64,000 bases of DNA. Origin: a virus. The notes under the pieces are model-generated. The model was not told the origin of the DNA. It worked only from the letters and a program-made list of their open reading frames with translations, and ran no database searches. The stretch lies in IMG/VR virus record IMGVR_UViG_3300027741_000020; one strand, given 5' to 3'. A program made the position numbers and the translations under genes. Every line of letters begins with the position of its first letter. The first letter of the stretch is position 1. Of the stretch, positions 27,292 to 37,267 are shown in pieces.

Positions 27292-28404
27292 ATGAAATTA
27301 GCAACTATCTACAAAAGAACAGAGACAGGTAAAACGCAAGAGTGGACTATTGAAGTAGTGGGTAATAAGTATCGCACCATATCAGGTCAGACTGACGGTA
27401 AGAAAGTTATCAATGAATGGACTGTAGTGTTCGGTAAGAACGCCGGTAGAGCAAATGAAACTACCGATAAAGAGCAAGCAATGAAAGAGGCTGAAGCAAA
27501 ACGCAAGTTGAAGTTGGAGCGTGGTTACTATGAAACGATTAGTAACATTGATGAAACACAATACTTTAAACCGATGTTGGCTAAAGATTGGAATGATGAA
27601 AAACACAAAGTGGAGTTTCCAATACATTCTCAACCAAAGCTTGATGGTATTCGTTGTATCGTTAAAGAGGACGGAATGTGGACTCGTAATGGCAAACCAA
27701 TCTTATCAGCGCCACATATATTTGAAGGGCTTAAGCCGTTGTTTGAAGCAAATCCTGAATTGATATTTGATGGGGAATTGTATTGTGATAAGTTGGCTAA
27801 TGATTTCAACAAAATTGTTTCATTGGTAAAGAAAAGCAAACCAACGGCTGATGAACTTAAAGAGAGTGCAGACGTTATTGAGTATCATATTTACGATTTA
27901 CCAAGTTACAAAACGAATTTCTTCGGCAGACAGAATCAGTTGGCAATTATGGAAAAGCATGATAAGGTATTCCGTAATACGAAGTGTGTGGTTGTAGATA
28001 CTAGATTAGCAACTAATGAAACTATGTTAATGAAGTTGTACGAAATGTATATGGAGCAGGGCTATGAGGGACAGATGTTAAGAGTGAATGATATGTACGA
28101 AAACAAACGTAGTAAGTTTCTGCTGAAACACAAATCATTTCAGGACGATGAATACGAAATTATTGATGTAGTGGAAGGCGAAGGTAATCGGACTGGTACG
28201 TGTGGATATATGGTATTCCAAACGGAAGATGGCCAAACTTTCAAATCAAATGTAAAGGGTACGTTTGAAGAAACCGCACAAATGTTGAAAGACCGTAAGA
28301 AGCTAATTGGTAAATCGGCAACTATAAAATATTTTAACTTAACACCAGCAGGTATACCCCGTTTTCCTTATGTAATCAAAATAAATCGTGAAGAATATGA
28401 ATAA
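27292..28404 (+). CDS. ATP-dependent DNA ligase
   Basis: QPKLDGIR, FDGELY, EGQMLR, LLKHK, OB-fold PRFP. Confidence 0.92.
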   Translation: MKLATIYKRTETGKTQEWTIEVVGNKYRTISGQTDGKKVINEWTVVFGKNAGRANETTDKEQAMKEAEAKRKLKLERGYYETISNIDETQYFKPMLAKDWNDEKHKVEFPIHSQPKLDGIRCIVKEDGMWTRNGKPILSAPHIFEGLKPLFEANPELIFDGELYCDKLANDFNKIVSLVKKSKPTADELKESADVIEYHIYDLPSYKTNFFGRQNQLAIMEKHDKVFRNTKCVVVDTRLATNETMLMKLYEMYMEQGYEGQMLRVNDMYENKRSKFLLKHKSFQDDEYEIIDVVEGEGNRTGTCGYMVFQTEDGQTFKSNVKGTFEETAQMLKDRKKLIGKSATIKYFNLTPAGIPRFPYVIKINREEYE

Positions 28405-28657
28405 GCAAATGCCAACAGTAGAATGGCTTAATGATAAAATAATTGGACTTGATGTAGAGTTTGATATGACTTTAATTAGTAGAGAAACTTATTGGGTTAG
28501 GAGAAAAGAAATTTTAGAACAAGCTAATAAAATGTTTGAGCAGCAGATAATTGATGCTTACGACAAAGGTTTCAGTTTTGGAGTTGCGATGCTCAAAGAG
28601 AAACAAGAAGAATACATAAGTGGTGAAAAATATTACAATCAAAATTTTAATAAATAA
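28397..28657 (+). CDS. hypothetical protein
   Basis: EQQIIDAY..KYYNQNF module. Confidence 0.65.
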   Translation: MNKQMPTVEWLNDKIIGLDVEFDMTLISRETYWVRRKEILEQANKMFEQQIIDAYDKGFSFGVAMLKEKQEEYISGEKYYNQNFNK

Positions 28658-28660
28658 ACA

Positions 28661-28885
28661 ATGACATATCAAGAGGCTTATAAACAAGCATTAGAAGTAG
28701 AATGGAAAGTAGAACCTTGCTTTTCGGGAGAACAATGTTGGTGTAGATTGATTGTTCCAAAAGTTCCTATTAAATTTGATAAAGATGATATAGAAGAAGT
28801 ATGTATAGTTTCATCGGCATCAATTAATAAAGCTATGGCAGAATATATAGTAGAATTACATAATAATAAAATAAATAAACAATGA
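28661..28885 (+). CDS. hypothetical protein
   Basis: CFSGEQCWC; AEYIVELHN. Confidence 0.7.
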   Translation: MTYQEAYKQALEVEWKVEPCFSGEQCWCRLIVPKVPIKFDKDDIEEVCIVSSASINKAMAEYIVELHNNKINKQ

Positions 28886-29109
28886 TACCAAAACAAAAAG
28901 CAGAAGAATTAGTACATAGATATAGAATGTTATTTATGAATGATGGCGAAGATTATGGAAACGAAATTATAGTAAGTCTACTTTCAAAACAATCTGCTTT
29001 AATATCAGTTGATGTAGTATTGGAAGGATTGAATACAGTAAATGAAAAATATAATAAATTTGGAATTGAATATTATCAACAAGTTAAGCAAGAAATAATA
29101 AAGCTATGA
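28882..29109 (+). CDS. hypothetical protein
   Basis: PKQKAEELV..YYQQVKQEI. Confidence 0.7.
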   Translation: MIPKQKAEELVHRYRMLFMNDGEDYGNEIIVSLLSKQSALISVDVVLEGLNTVNEKYNKFGIEYYQQVKQEIIKL

Positions 29110-29253
29110 ACAATACTATAACGAAACATTCGGAGGGGCTGGGGAGACCAGTCGTTAAATAGGAAAATTTCTTGATAGTTTAAATAAAATGCTTTTAAGG
29201 TACTACCAGTGCCTAATAAATTAATAAATTAATAAATAAATAAACCAAACAAA

Positions 29254-29493
29254 ATGAAAAAGTTATTAGGGGTAGCAATTATTGCGGCAATGGGGATTAC
29301 GGGATGTTACAAAGAACCACAAACCACAAATATAGAAGGCAATGGAATTAAGGTAGACCTCCTATTCGAGCACGATGGTATAAAGGTGTACCGATTCTAC
29401 GATGGGAGCATTCCTCATTACTTTACGAATAAGGGCGAGACCAGTACAACTCAACAGGTAGGAAAGACCGGTTACGAAGAAACCATTAAATAA
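29254..29493 (+). CDS. lipoprotein, DUF4884-like
   Basis: ITGC lipobox; LFEHDGIKVYRFYD. Confidence 0.65.
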   Translation: MKKLLGVAIIAAMGITGCYKEPQTTNIEGNGIKVDLLFEHDGIKVYRFYDGSIPHYFTNKGETSTTQQVGKTGYEETIK

Positions 29494-29507
29494 AAAAACA
29501 AAACGTT

Positions 29508-29816
29508 ATGAGTAGTGAATTGTATATAACAAATCTAACAAAGATAATCGGCCGGCGGATACCCTATACGGATTGGTACATCTATTTTGCAGATGTAATC
29601 CTTGATAAATACATCTTTGGGTGCCAGAATGGAGTGGGTGACTCAGTACTGGTTCGATTAGATAGAAGTCCAACCCTTAATGAATACGGCTTCGTTTGCT
29701 ACCGTTTTGGTAGTGGTAGTCAGGTAGCAGGGGATTGGTTTGCTGATATAGATAATGCAGTAGATGCGATTGGAGGAGAAATACTACATGATAGTTACCT
29801 GCAGGTACCTTTTTAG
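29508..29816 (+). CDS. hypothetical protein
   Basis: Co-oriented ORF. Confidence 0.65.
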   Translation: MSSELYITNLTKIIGRRIPYTDWYIYFADVILDKYIFGCQNGVGDSVLVRLDRSPTLNEYGFVCYRFGSGSQVAGDWFADIDNAVDAIGGEILHDSYLQVPF

Positions 29817-29847
29817 AGATGGCCTGTAAAAATAAAAAATAAAAATT

Positions 29848-30009
29848 ATGAAGCGAATAATAAGAATACCATTTGGAATTATCTTATGTCCCATCACGGT
29901 ATTAATGGGAAGTATAATGTGGTTGTTTGAAGAACGTATGTGTTACTCCGAAGTATTGGAATTGACTTGGTACTTAGTAACCGGCCAATGGAATAAATTA
30001 CCTGATTAA
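29848..30009 (+). CDS. small membrane protein (53 aa)
   Basis: Hand-translated. Confidence 0.5.
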   Translation: MKRIIRIPFGIILCPITVLMGSIMWLFEERMCYSEVLELTWYLVTGQWNKLPD

Positions 30010-30022
30010 ATAAAATTAAACA

Positions 30023-30295
30023 ATGAATAAAATAGAACACGAACTTAAATGGTCAATAGAAAGTAATTATCTTGATGGATTCTTTTTTAATGGTGAAGAT
30101 GAATGTATAAGAGAATTAGATGTTGATGCGGCAACTAAAAAATGTTTTGAAAGTATAGAAAGACATTGTAAAGCATTTGCTGAATGGCTAAATATTAATG
30201 AATATATGTTAATTGATAACATTTGGTTTAATTTAGGACATGTTACTATTTTAACAACAGAACAACTTTTTAAACTTTATATTGAACAATTATGA
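30023..30295 (+). CDS. hypothetical protein
   Basis: FAEWL..TTEQLF module. Confidence 0.7.
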   Translation: MNKIEHELKWSIESNYLDGFFFNGEDECIRELDVDAATKKCFESIERHCKAFAEWLNINEYMLIDNIWFNLGHVTILTTEQLFKLYIEQL

Positions 30296-30453
30296 TACAA
30301 CCTAAACAAGAGAATAGTTATGTAGTATTTGAAATTTCTGAAAATGATGGGTTATCTCAACTTAGTAATCCTATTTCTACTTTAGAAAAAGCAAGAGAAT
30401 ATGTTAAGGCTTGGAAAACCAAAACATTATACATTTATCAATTAATAGAATAA
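30292..30453 (+). CDS. hypothetical protein (53 aa)
   Basis: Hand-translated; same 19-bp start as next gene. Confidence 0.6.
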   Translation: MIQPKQENSYVVFEISENDGLSQLSNPISTLEKAREYVKAWKTKTLYIYQLIE

Positions 30454-30455
30454 TT

Positions 30456-30779
30456 ATGATACAACCTAAAATACAAGAAGTATATGTAGAATTTACAGAC
30501 TCAGTATTTAATGAAGAATACAATGGATTTACATTATGTAATTCTAATGGAAAATATATTCAAGATTTAGTTGAAATGAATTGCTATTGTTTCACACCAG
30601 AAGAATTTGAACAATTCAAAAGAGAATTTGGTAAAGAGTTATTAGATAAAGCTGCTGATAATGCTAATATACTTACTCAAGATGAGTGCCCAACTAAATC
30701 TATTCAGGACTTTACTTGGATTGACAAAGAATCAATCACATCTGTATTAGATGATTATTTACTAAAAAATAAAATATGA
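30456..30779 (+). CDS. hypothetical protein
   Basis: ATG 30456 preferred. Confidence 0.65.
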   Translation: MIQPKIQEVYVEFTDSVFNEEYNGFTLCNSNGKYIQDLVEMNCYCFTPEEFEQFKREFGKELLDKAADNANILTQDECPTKSIQDFTWIDKESITSVLDDYLLKNKI

Positions 30780-31000
30780 AAATTAATAATAAAAAAGAAT
30801 TTGAAGAATTTTATCCATATTCAAAAGACCAAATTAAAAATTACCCAAAAGAATATCCTTGTTTATGTAAATGGACTTTAGAAGGTGGAGGATTAATGGG
30901 TGAATATAAACAAACACATGTATTATACTTTCCTAAAAATATTACAGTTGAAGAAGCATTTTTATTAGGTGTAAAAGGTCAATGGGAAGAATTGGATTAA
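30776..31000 (+). CDS. hypothetical protein
   Basis: Coupled ORF. Confidence 0.65.
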   Translation: MKINNKKEFEEFYPYSKDQIKNYPKEYPCLCKWTLEGGGLMGEYKQTHVLYFPKNITVEEAFLLGVKGQWEELD

Positions 31001-31034
31001 ATAGTTATTTAAAACAGAATAAAATATTAGAATT

Positions 31035-31340
31035 ATGAAAATAACAGCAACATTATTTGAAAAGACATATCGTGGAGAGAGAGTTTCTATACCTATTTCT
31101 GATCTACCTCCAGAGTTATTAATACCTGAGAATAACATAATGATAAATGTTGAAAGAGGAGAATTTGGTAATAGTGGTTGGGATGAAGGAGAAACCCATG
31201 TAGTTATAACTCATTATAGAGAACAAACAGAAGAAGAAAAGAAACAATTTAAACTTCATTTGGAAGCATTAAAAGCTAAACGTACAGAAGAAAGATATAC
31301 AGAGTATCTAAAACTTAAAAAAGAATTTGAAACAAAATAA
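31035..31340 (+). CDS. hypothetical protein
   Basis: Ends YLKLKKEFE. Confidence 0.7.
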   Translation: MKITATLFEKTYRGERVSIPISDLPPELLIPENNIMINVERGEFGNSGWDEGETHVVITHYREQTEEEKKQFKLHLEALKAKRTEERYTEYLKLKKEFETK

Positions 31341-31346
31341 ACAATT

Positions 31347-31586
31347 ATGACAATAGAACAATTTAACGAAAAATATAAAGATTATTTAGAAGAAGGACAT
31401 TATGGATTAAGTTTAGGAGATGATGAATTTATCAAATGGTTAGACGGACAATTTGAAAAGTTTATTACATACCCAGGCTTTAAGTTTACACAAATAAAAG
31501 AAAAGTTTGGGATGGGTAGATTTTATTGTGATGGATTACCAGGTGAATTAATTGATAAAGTAGAATATAAAATAAGTAAGTTATGA
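31347..31586 (+). CDS. hypothetical protein
   Basis: QIKEKFGMGRFY, widespread phage motif. Confidence 0.7.
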   Translation: MTIEQFNEKYKDYLEEGHYGLSLGDDEFIKWLDGQFEKFITYPGFKFTQIKEKFGMGRFYCDGLPGELIDKVEYKISKL

Positions 31587-31942
31587 AAATTAGAATAAAC
31601 AATCTTGAATTTAGAGAATACACATCTACTAAAACTAAAAAACCATTATATGAAATAGTAAAATGGTATACAAATATTTATTTTGGTAAAGAAGAAGAAT
31701 ACAGAAAAGATGGGTATGTAGATAGTTTTGGTGATAATTTTTTACAGAAAGGAGGAAGTAGTATTTCAAAGGGTTCTTTTATCTTACCAGAAACTTGTAT
31801 TGTTATTGCTTTTATAGAAAAGGGTAGTGAAGACTGGGAATTAAGAAGTGTTGGAGAAAGATTATTAGAACTAACACCTGAAGAATGGGAAGACTTTCAT
31901 CAAGTGTATACAATAGGACAATCTAAATTAAATAAATTATGA
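31583..31942 (+). CDS. hypothetical protein
   Basis: Coupled ORF. Confidence 0.7.
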   Translation: MKIRINNLEFREYTSTKTKKPLYEIVKWYTNIYFGKEEEYRKDGYVDSFGDNFLQKGGSSISKGSFILPETCIVIAFIEKGSEDWELRSVGERLLELTPEEWEDFHQVYTIGQSKLNKL

Positions 31943-32244
31943 CAGCAGACATGAGTGAAGAAGCTATTACTAAGAGAAAGCTACAGAGACATAAAGAGAA
32001 ACTACAAGCCGAACAAGCATGGGAGAATATGAACAATGAAGGAACATTAAGTGAAAGAGAATATTGGATGCATGGGTATAGGTGTGGGATGAAAAATACA
32101 TTTACCGAAGAAGATATAATTAATTTTGCTTTCGACACTTATTGTTATATTAGTGAGCTTATGAAAGTACCATTCCACCAAATATCAGAAAACAAGCTAC
32201 ATGCTATGTATAATTTTGAACAATTTAAAAAAAATAAATTATGA
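31939..32244 (+). CDS. hypothetical protein
   Basis: FTEEDIINFA module. Confidence 0.65.
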   Translation: MTADMSEEAITKRKLQRHKEKLQAEQAWENMNNEGTLSEREYWMHGYRCGMKNTFTEEDIINFAFDTYCYISELMKVPFHQISENKLHAMYNFEQFKKNKL

Positions 32245-32981
32245 AAACAATTTTTATAGGAGACGTACACGGTAGGGCAACCTGGAAACTAATGGTGCAT
32301 CAAGAAAATCCTGATAGAGTAATCTTTGTTGGAGATTATTTTGATTCGTTTGATATACCGGGTGTAGACCAAATTCATAACTTCAAAGAGATTATTGAAT
32401 ATAAGAAGACATCTGGTAAAGAAGTAGTGCTGCTAATTGGTAATCACGATCATCATTACCTCCCAGAAATAGGTTATACGGGTACTAGTGGCTATCAATA
32501 TAATCTAGCACCTTCTATCATACAGGTAGTAGACGAGAATAGAGAACACCTACAAATGGCCTATCAGTTTGAAAACATATTGTGTACACATGCTGGCGTA
32601 TCAAGTGTATTTATGGATAATACATACCGAGAATTGGAATTAGGAGAATGGTCAATAGATACACTAGCTGCAGACCTAAACGAATTGTTTAAACACAAAC
32701 CAAAGCTGTTTTGTTTTACTCCGACTCGATTTGGAGATAACTACGGAAACAGTGAAGGTCAGACACCAATATGGATTAGACCCGACTACTTAATGAAGGC
32801 AAATAAGGAGAGTGTACTAAAGAAGGACTTAATCCAAGTAGTTGGGCATACCCATCAATCACAAATTGACATCAAGGGCAAATCAACCGGAGGAAAATAC
32901 TACTTCATCGATACACAGGGTAGCAGCGGAGAATATTTAATTTATGAAAATTCTGAATTTAAAGTTGGTAAATCAAGATAA
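32241..32981 (+). CDS. calcineurin-like metallophosphoesterase
   Basis: GDVHG, VGDYFD, GNHD, THAG, VVGHT. Confidence 0.9.
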   Translation: MKTIFIGDVHGRATWKLMVHQENPDRVIFVGDYFDSFDIPGVDQIHNFKEIIEYKKTSGKEVVLLIGNHDHHYLPEIGYTGTSGYQYNLAPSIIQVVDENREHLQMAYQFENILCTHAGVSSVFMDNTYRELELGEWSIDTLAADLNELFKHKPKLFCFTPTRFGDNYGNSEGQTPIWIRPDYLMKANKESVLKKDLIQVVGHTHQSQIDIKGKSTGGKYYFIDTQGSSGEYLIYENSEFKVGKSR

Positions 32982-32995
32982 AGTCCTTATCTTTA
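32964..32995 (+). promoter_or_regulatory. Bacteroidota-type promoter
   Basis: GTTG-N20-TATCTTTA. Confidence 0.55.
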
Positions 32996-33146
32996 GTATA
33001 TAAATAAGTAATTAATGAAACACTTATATTGTAAATTTTGCCAGGAATTTAAAACATTCTATAAAATAGTATGGGGATTTAGCAACCAGTATTATTATAG
33101 ATGTGATTGCTGTAATAACGAATATGAAAATTAAAACAAACAAGTT

Positions 33147-33701
33147 ATGACATTTAAAGAACAACTTAAAGCGATTAACGCTTGTGAAGAAGCTCTAAAT
33201 TGGTTAGGGAATAAAACGTTGCAAGAAGCATTTGCAACATGTGAAAGAGCCGATTGGATGTTATGGACATATGCAAAACTCTATCCTGACAACTTACGAG
33301 AATTAACTCTTGCCAAGGGTCATTGTGTTAATACTGTTAGGAATCTTATGCGAGATGAACATAGTATAAATGCAATAGATGCAGCTATCCAGTTTGGTGA
33401 AGGTAAGATAAGTAGAGAAGAATTAGATGCTTATGCTGCTGCTGCTCATGCTGCTCATGCTACTGCTCATGCTACTGCTCGTGCTGCTCGTGCTGCTGCT
33501 ACTGATGCTTATGCTGCTGCTTATGCTGCTGCTGCTACTGCTGCTGCTGCTACTGATGCTTATGCTGCTGCTTATGCTTATGCTGCTGCTTATGCTGCTG
33601 CTACTGCTGCTGATGCTACTCGTGTTGCTACTCGTGTTGCAGCTCGAAAACAATCTTTAAAGGAACAAGCAGACATCTGTAGAAAATATTTAACACTATA
33701 A
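33147..33701 (+). CDS. protein with Ala-rich low-complexity tract
   Basis: ACEEALNW..RADWMLW then AAAAHAA/AAYAAA repeats. Confidence 0.8.
   Translation: MTFKEQLKAINACEEALNWLGNKTLQEAFATCERADWMLWTYAKLYPDNLRELTLAKGHCVNTVRNLMRDEHSINAIDAAIQFGEGKISREELDAYAAAAHAAHATAHATARAARAAATDAYAAAYAAAATAAAATDAYAAAYAYAAAYAAATAADATRVATRVAARKQSLKEQADICRKYLTL
33430..33642 (+). repeat. GCT-based tandem codon repeat
   Basis: GCT runs interspersed with CAT/ACT/CGT/GAT/TAT/GTT. Confidence 0.85.
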
Positions 33702-33712
33702 TAAAACAAGGT

Positions 33713-33940
33713 ATGAAAAGAACACTAACAACACTACTTATTGCATCTATGTTTACTATTGGGTGTGACATTCCAGATAGTACAAAAATAGAACCTTTTG
33801 AATGTAAGATAACATCAGTACAATATAAAGGAAATAATATATGTGAATATGGTTATATTATAAATAGAGGACAATATTCTTATTTTAAAGACAGTTGTAA
33901 CAAATATTCAGTAGGGGATACAATAACATTTAAAAAGTAA
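33713..33940 (+). CDS. putative lipoprotein
   Basis: TIGC lipobox; YSVGDTI. Confidence 0.6.
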   Translation: MKRTLTTLLIASMFTIGCDIPDSTKIEPFECKITSVQYKGNNICEYGYIINRGQYSYFKDSCNKYSVGDTITFKK

Positions 33941-34028
33941 ACAATGATACAAATATGGCAGCCTATTGTTATAGGTGGTAAAATAGTAGGATATATTTCA
34001 GGAGGAGTAACTAATAAATAATAAAACT

Positions 34029-34334
34029 ATGTGGCAACAATGTCCCCAATGTAAAGGAAGTGGTGTAGAACCAACAATAGGAATACATTCTAATATTCCA
34101 ATATGCACTGTATGTAATGGTAGTAAAATCATAAATCAATTAACTGGCTTACCACCAAGTAGAAGTCCTATACTTGATAGTGTAGTTTCAACAAAAGATT
34201 ATAGTCAAACTAATTTTAGTAATTCTGGTACATTAGACAATACTAATTATCTCAAAGCTAACCCTAAAGCTGTTACAGCCTTTTTTAGAACATTAAAGGA
34301 ATTAAATGATATAGACAATGGAAACAATGGATAA
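34029..34334 (+). CDS. CxxCxGxG Zn-finger protein
   Basis: CPQCKGSG..CTVCNGS. Confidence 0.65.
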   Translation: MWQQCPQCKGSGVEPTIGIHSNIPICTVCNGSKIINQLTGLPPSRSPILDSVVSTKDYSQTNFSNSGTLDNTNYLKANPKAVTAFFRTLKELNDIDNGNNG

Positions 34335-34836
34335 GTACATATTTCTTGATATAGATGGAGTAATTGCCACCCCAGAAAGTTTAACAGAGGATAGAATGTG
34401 GGGATTGGTTGATAGTAAGCAAGACCTATTAGGAAACATCTTGGAAAAAACAAATGCTAAGTTAGTTATTAGCAGCAGTTGGAGAAAACATAACGTTGAA
34501 GAAACTGTAATAAAACTAACCAATGCTAATTTTAGATTTGGTGGCAAAATAGTTGGTGTTACTATCAGAGGGTATAAACATATAGAAAAAGGATTCCCTA
34601 TGTCTATACCAAGAGGTGTAGAAATAAAACATTGGATTGATAATTACATTTGTAGAGAAAATAGTACTGGGGCTTATGTTAAAAAAAGAGTTGGTATAGA
34701 TTATACCTATGTCATATTAGATGATGATAATGATATGTTATTAACCCAACATCCATATTTTATACATACACATCCAACAGAGGGACTTAGTCAATCAGAT
34801 GCTGAAAAAGCTATTAAAATTTTAAACAATGAATAA
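34318..34836 (+). CDS. HAD-family phosphatase (HAD_SAK_2, RNA-repair type)
   Basis: FLDIDGV, ISSSWR, RGVEI, YVILDDD. Confidence 0.85.
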   Translation: METMDKYIFLDIDGVIATPESLTEDRMWGLVDSKQDLLGNILEKTNAKLVISSSWRKHNVEETVIKLTNANFRFGGKIVGVTIRGYKHIEKGFPMSIPRGVEIKHWIDNYICRENSTGAYVKKRVGIDYTYVILDDDNDMLLTQHPYFIHTHPTEGLSQSDAEKAIKILNNE

Positions 34837-34845
34837 ACTAACAAA

Positions 34846-35046
34846 ATGAGTTATATAAAATGCACGTCTTGTAAAAAACAAGTATTTAAGGACTATTCAA
34901 ATCCCAATATACATTATTCATCAAAAGAAAATGATACTAAGAATTTTAAGTGTAGCTGGTGTGAAAATTATGAATCTTTAAAAGTAGGGGATTGGTATCA
35001 AGATGAAAAAGGTGAGTATCATCAAAAGAAAAAAAGTAAACAATGA
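34846..35046 (+). CDS. Zn-ribbon hypothetical protein
   Basis: CTSC..CSWC. Confidence 0.6.
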   Translation: MSYIKCTSCKKQVFKDYSNPNIHYSSKENDTKNFKCSWCENYESLKVGDWYQDEKGEYHQKKKSKQ

Positions 35047-35267
35047 ATAACAAATTACAATGGTTATCACAACAAATAAATAGAAGTAAAGGTCAGACCG
35101 AAATGTTATTAGGACTTGTTGATAATGATTTTGAAAAACTTAAAGCATTAGAAGTTCAAATAAAGAATTGTTTTGTTATGTATTGTCCTTCTAATAAAAA
35201 AGAAGTTGAAAAAATAATGAATATGCAACCAAAATCAAATTATTTTAAACTATTAAACAATGAATAA
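35043..35267 (+). CDS. hypothetical protein
   Basis: Coupled ORF. Confidence 0.6.
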   Translation: MNNKLQWLSQQINRSKGQTEMLLGLVDNDFEKLKALEVQIKNCFVMYCPSNKKEVEKIMNMQPKSNYFKLLNNE

Positions 35268-35422
35268 AAAAGAAAAAACATTTATTGAATGTTATATTGA
35301 ATTAGATAAAAAAAATCTTACAATAGCAGAAATTGAAAGAACAAGAAAAGCTGGAGTAAAAGATTTAGTAGAAGGTGAGTTTTGGTTTAAAATAGCTAAA
35401 TTGTATAATAAAAAAATAAACA

Positions 35423-35836
35423 ATGAATAAAATAACAACACATAAAGGAGATACATTAATACTAATTGAAGTTCCTTTAGATGCTTATGATTTTAAATTA
35501 TCAGATGACTATATAAATGGATTCCAAAATGATATATGTTTAGTTTATGAACAAGAAGATGGATTTACTGACATTACTATAATGGAAGATTCTAAATATA
35601 ATGCAGATAATTTTGAAATCATTGGAACTACATCTACATTAACTGATAAAGATGTTGAGCCATTTGTTGAACAAATAATTTATGTAGTAAAACCTTATAA
35701 AAGAAATACTTACCATTCTTATACAAGTGAATATGAAACTATAAATACAGCATTAGAGAGTTGGGATTCCTTTCTAAAAGCAAACAACATAGACACTACA
35801 AAGAATTGGGTGGTATTAAAAGTAAAAAATGATTAA
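35423..35836 (+). CDS. hypothetical protein
   Basis: TAAACAATG start. Confidence 0.7.
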   Translation: MNKITTHKGDTLILIEVPLDAYDFKLSDDYINGFQNDICLVYEQEDGFTDITIMEDSKYNADNFEIIGTTSTLTDKDVEPFVEQIIYVVKPYKRNTYHSYTSEYETINTALESWDSFLKANNIDTTKNWVVLKVKND

Positions 35837-35838
35837 TT

Positions 35839-36048
35839 ATGTCTGCAAAATCAATAAGGTCGTTTGAATACAAAAACTTTAATTGTGGAATATTTAAAGA
35901 TTTTGATTGGGTTAGAAAATATATACCAAGAGTTAGGTATAAAAATAATAAAATGAGATTTAATTTATTAATTATATTTTACTTTAGAGATTATGTTTTA
36001 TGGCTTCAATATCATTTTCAGAAAAAATATAAATTGAATAAAAAATGA
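35839..36048 (+). CDS. hypothetical protein
   Basis: Coupled ORF. Confidence 0.5.
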   Translation: MSAKSIRSFEYKNFNCGIFKDFDWVRKYIPRVRYKNNKMRFNLLIIFYFRDYVLWLQYHFQKKYKLNKK

Positions 36049-36170
36049 TACAGCACTCTTTTGGGATAGTATATATCCAACCAAACGTAAATTATATACA
36101 ATATTATTTTCCAAACAATCAAAACTCCTAAATACTAATAAAATTGAGAAATAATCAAAACTATTAAACA

Positions 36171-36500
36171 ATGAAACTAACAATAACAGACAAGGTATTT
36201 GTACCTGTAACTTTGGCTGAGGAACTACCTGATTATTTAGATGAGATTTATACAATCAATCAAGGATTTACAAATAAAGGTTTAGTTAAAGAAGAAACAA
36301 ACAAATATGTTCTAAGTAGAGAAGAACTGGAACAAGTAATTAGTGATGCTTTTGTAGCAGGTGTAAGCAGAGAATATCAAGAAAGAAATTATGAAAGACG
36401 TGATTATGATGCTCCTATAAAAGAACAATACATTAACTCAATACTAACACAAGACGATTGGAAAGATTCTATCCCAACAGAAGATGAGGGACCAGAATAA
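36171..36500 (+). CDS. hypothetical protein
   Basis: TAAACAATG start. Confidence 0.7.
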   Translation: MKLTITDKVFVPVTLAEELPDYLDEIYTINQGFTNKGLVKEETNKYVLSREELEQVISDAFVAGVSREYQERNYERRDYDAPIKEQYINSILTQDDWKDSIPTEDEGPE

Positions 36501-36541
36501 ATATACTACAGTTATGTTTAATTAAATAAAACTCATATAAA

Positions 36542-36880
36542 ATGAAACTGGTTATAAAAAACTTTTGGAAATTTAATGATTATGCAAATAATTTTTTTAG
36601 AAATCACGAAAAGCAAATGGTTGAGTGTTGGGATGAAGTAGGTGGTAAATACTTTTTTAAATTTCTATATAAAGATATTGAATGGTCTGTAAAACTTGGT
36701 GGAGAGCGAGATTTTATGCCAGGCTGGCCAGTTGAAGTATGGGCAGCTGATTATAGCCTTGGTATTAATTTAAAAATATCGGAAACGAATGTTAGACATG
36801 AAGTTCTAAACGATATGCACTCATGGTGCCGATTTTTAGATGGTATTATTATCTCAAATTACGTTCATTATAGAGTTTAA
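36542..36880 (+). CDS. hypothetical protein
   Basis: Co-oriented ORF. Confidence 0.65.
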   Translation: MKLVIKNFWKFNDYANNFFRNHEKQMVECWDEVGGKYFFKFLYKDIEWSVKLGGERDFMPGWPVEVWAADYSLGINLKISETNVRHEVLNDMHSWCRFLDGIIISNYVHYRV

Positions 36881-36884
36881 AACA

Positions 36885-37241
36885 ATGAAAATAGAAAACA
36901 TAGAAAAATTAAAAGGATGGACTCCGCCTGGCAATCCTACAATCTATCCTATTGTTACCGATGTGGGTATGGATATATATAATTATACATTTTCGATACG
37001 GTATCAAGGTATAAGCTACAAAGCAATTGTAAGACGTGAGTACGAATCATCCGAATTTGGTAATAGATATAGAATAGCATTTAGTTCATATAGAGATACT
37101 AATTCAGTATCACCTCAAACGTGGAATACTTGGATAAATATTGATATAGTAAAACATATGCCTATCTTCTATGATACATTACATACAATGTTACATAGAA
37201 TAGTGTGTGGCAAATTTGAAGACCATTACGGAACAAAATAA
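36885..37241 (+). CDS. hypothetical protein
   Basis: ATG 36885 preferred. Confidence 0.65.
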   Translation: MKIENIEKLKGWTPPGNPTIYPIVTDVGMDIYNYTFSIRYQGISYKAIVRREYESSEFGNRYRIAFSSYRDTNSVSPQTWNTWINIDIVKHMPIFYDTLHTMLHRIVCGKFEDHYGTK

Positions 37242-37267
37242 ACTTTAAAACTTAAAATTTAAAAACA

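Noticed and set aside
33423-33660. Poly-Ser (minus strand) and poly-Leu (shifted frame) ORFs
   Set aside because: Shadow frames of the GCT repeat.
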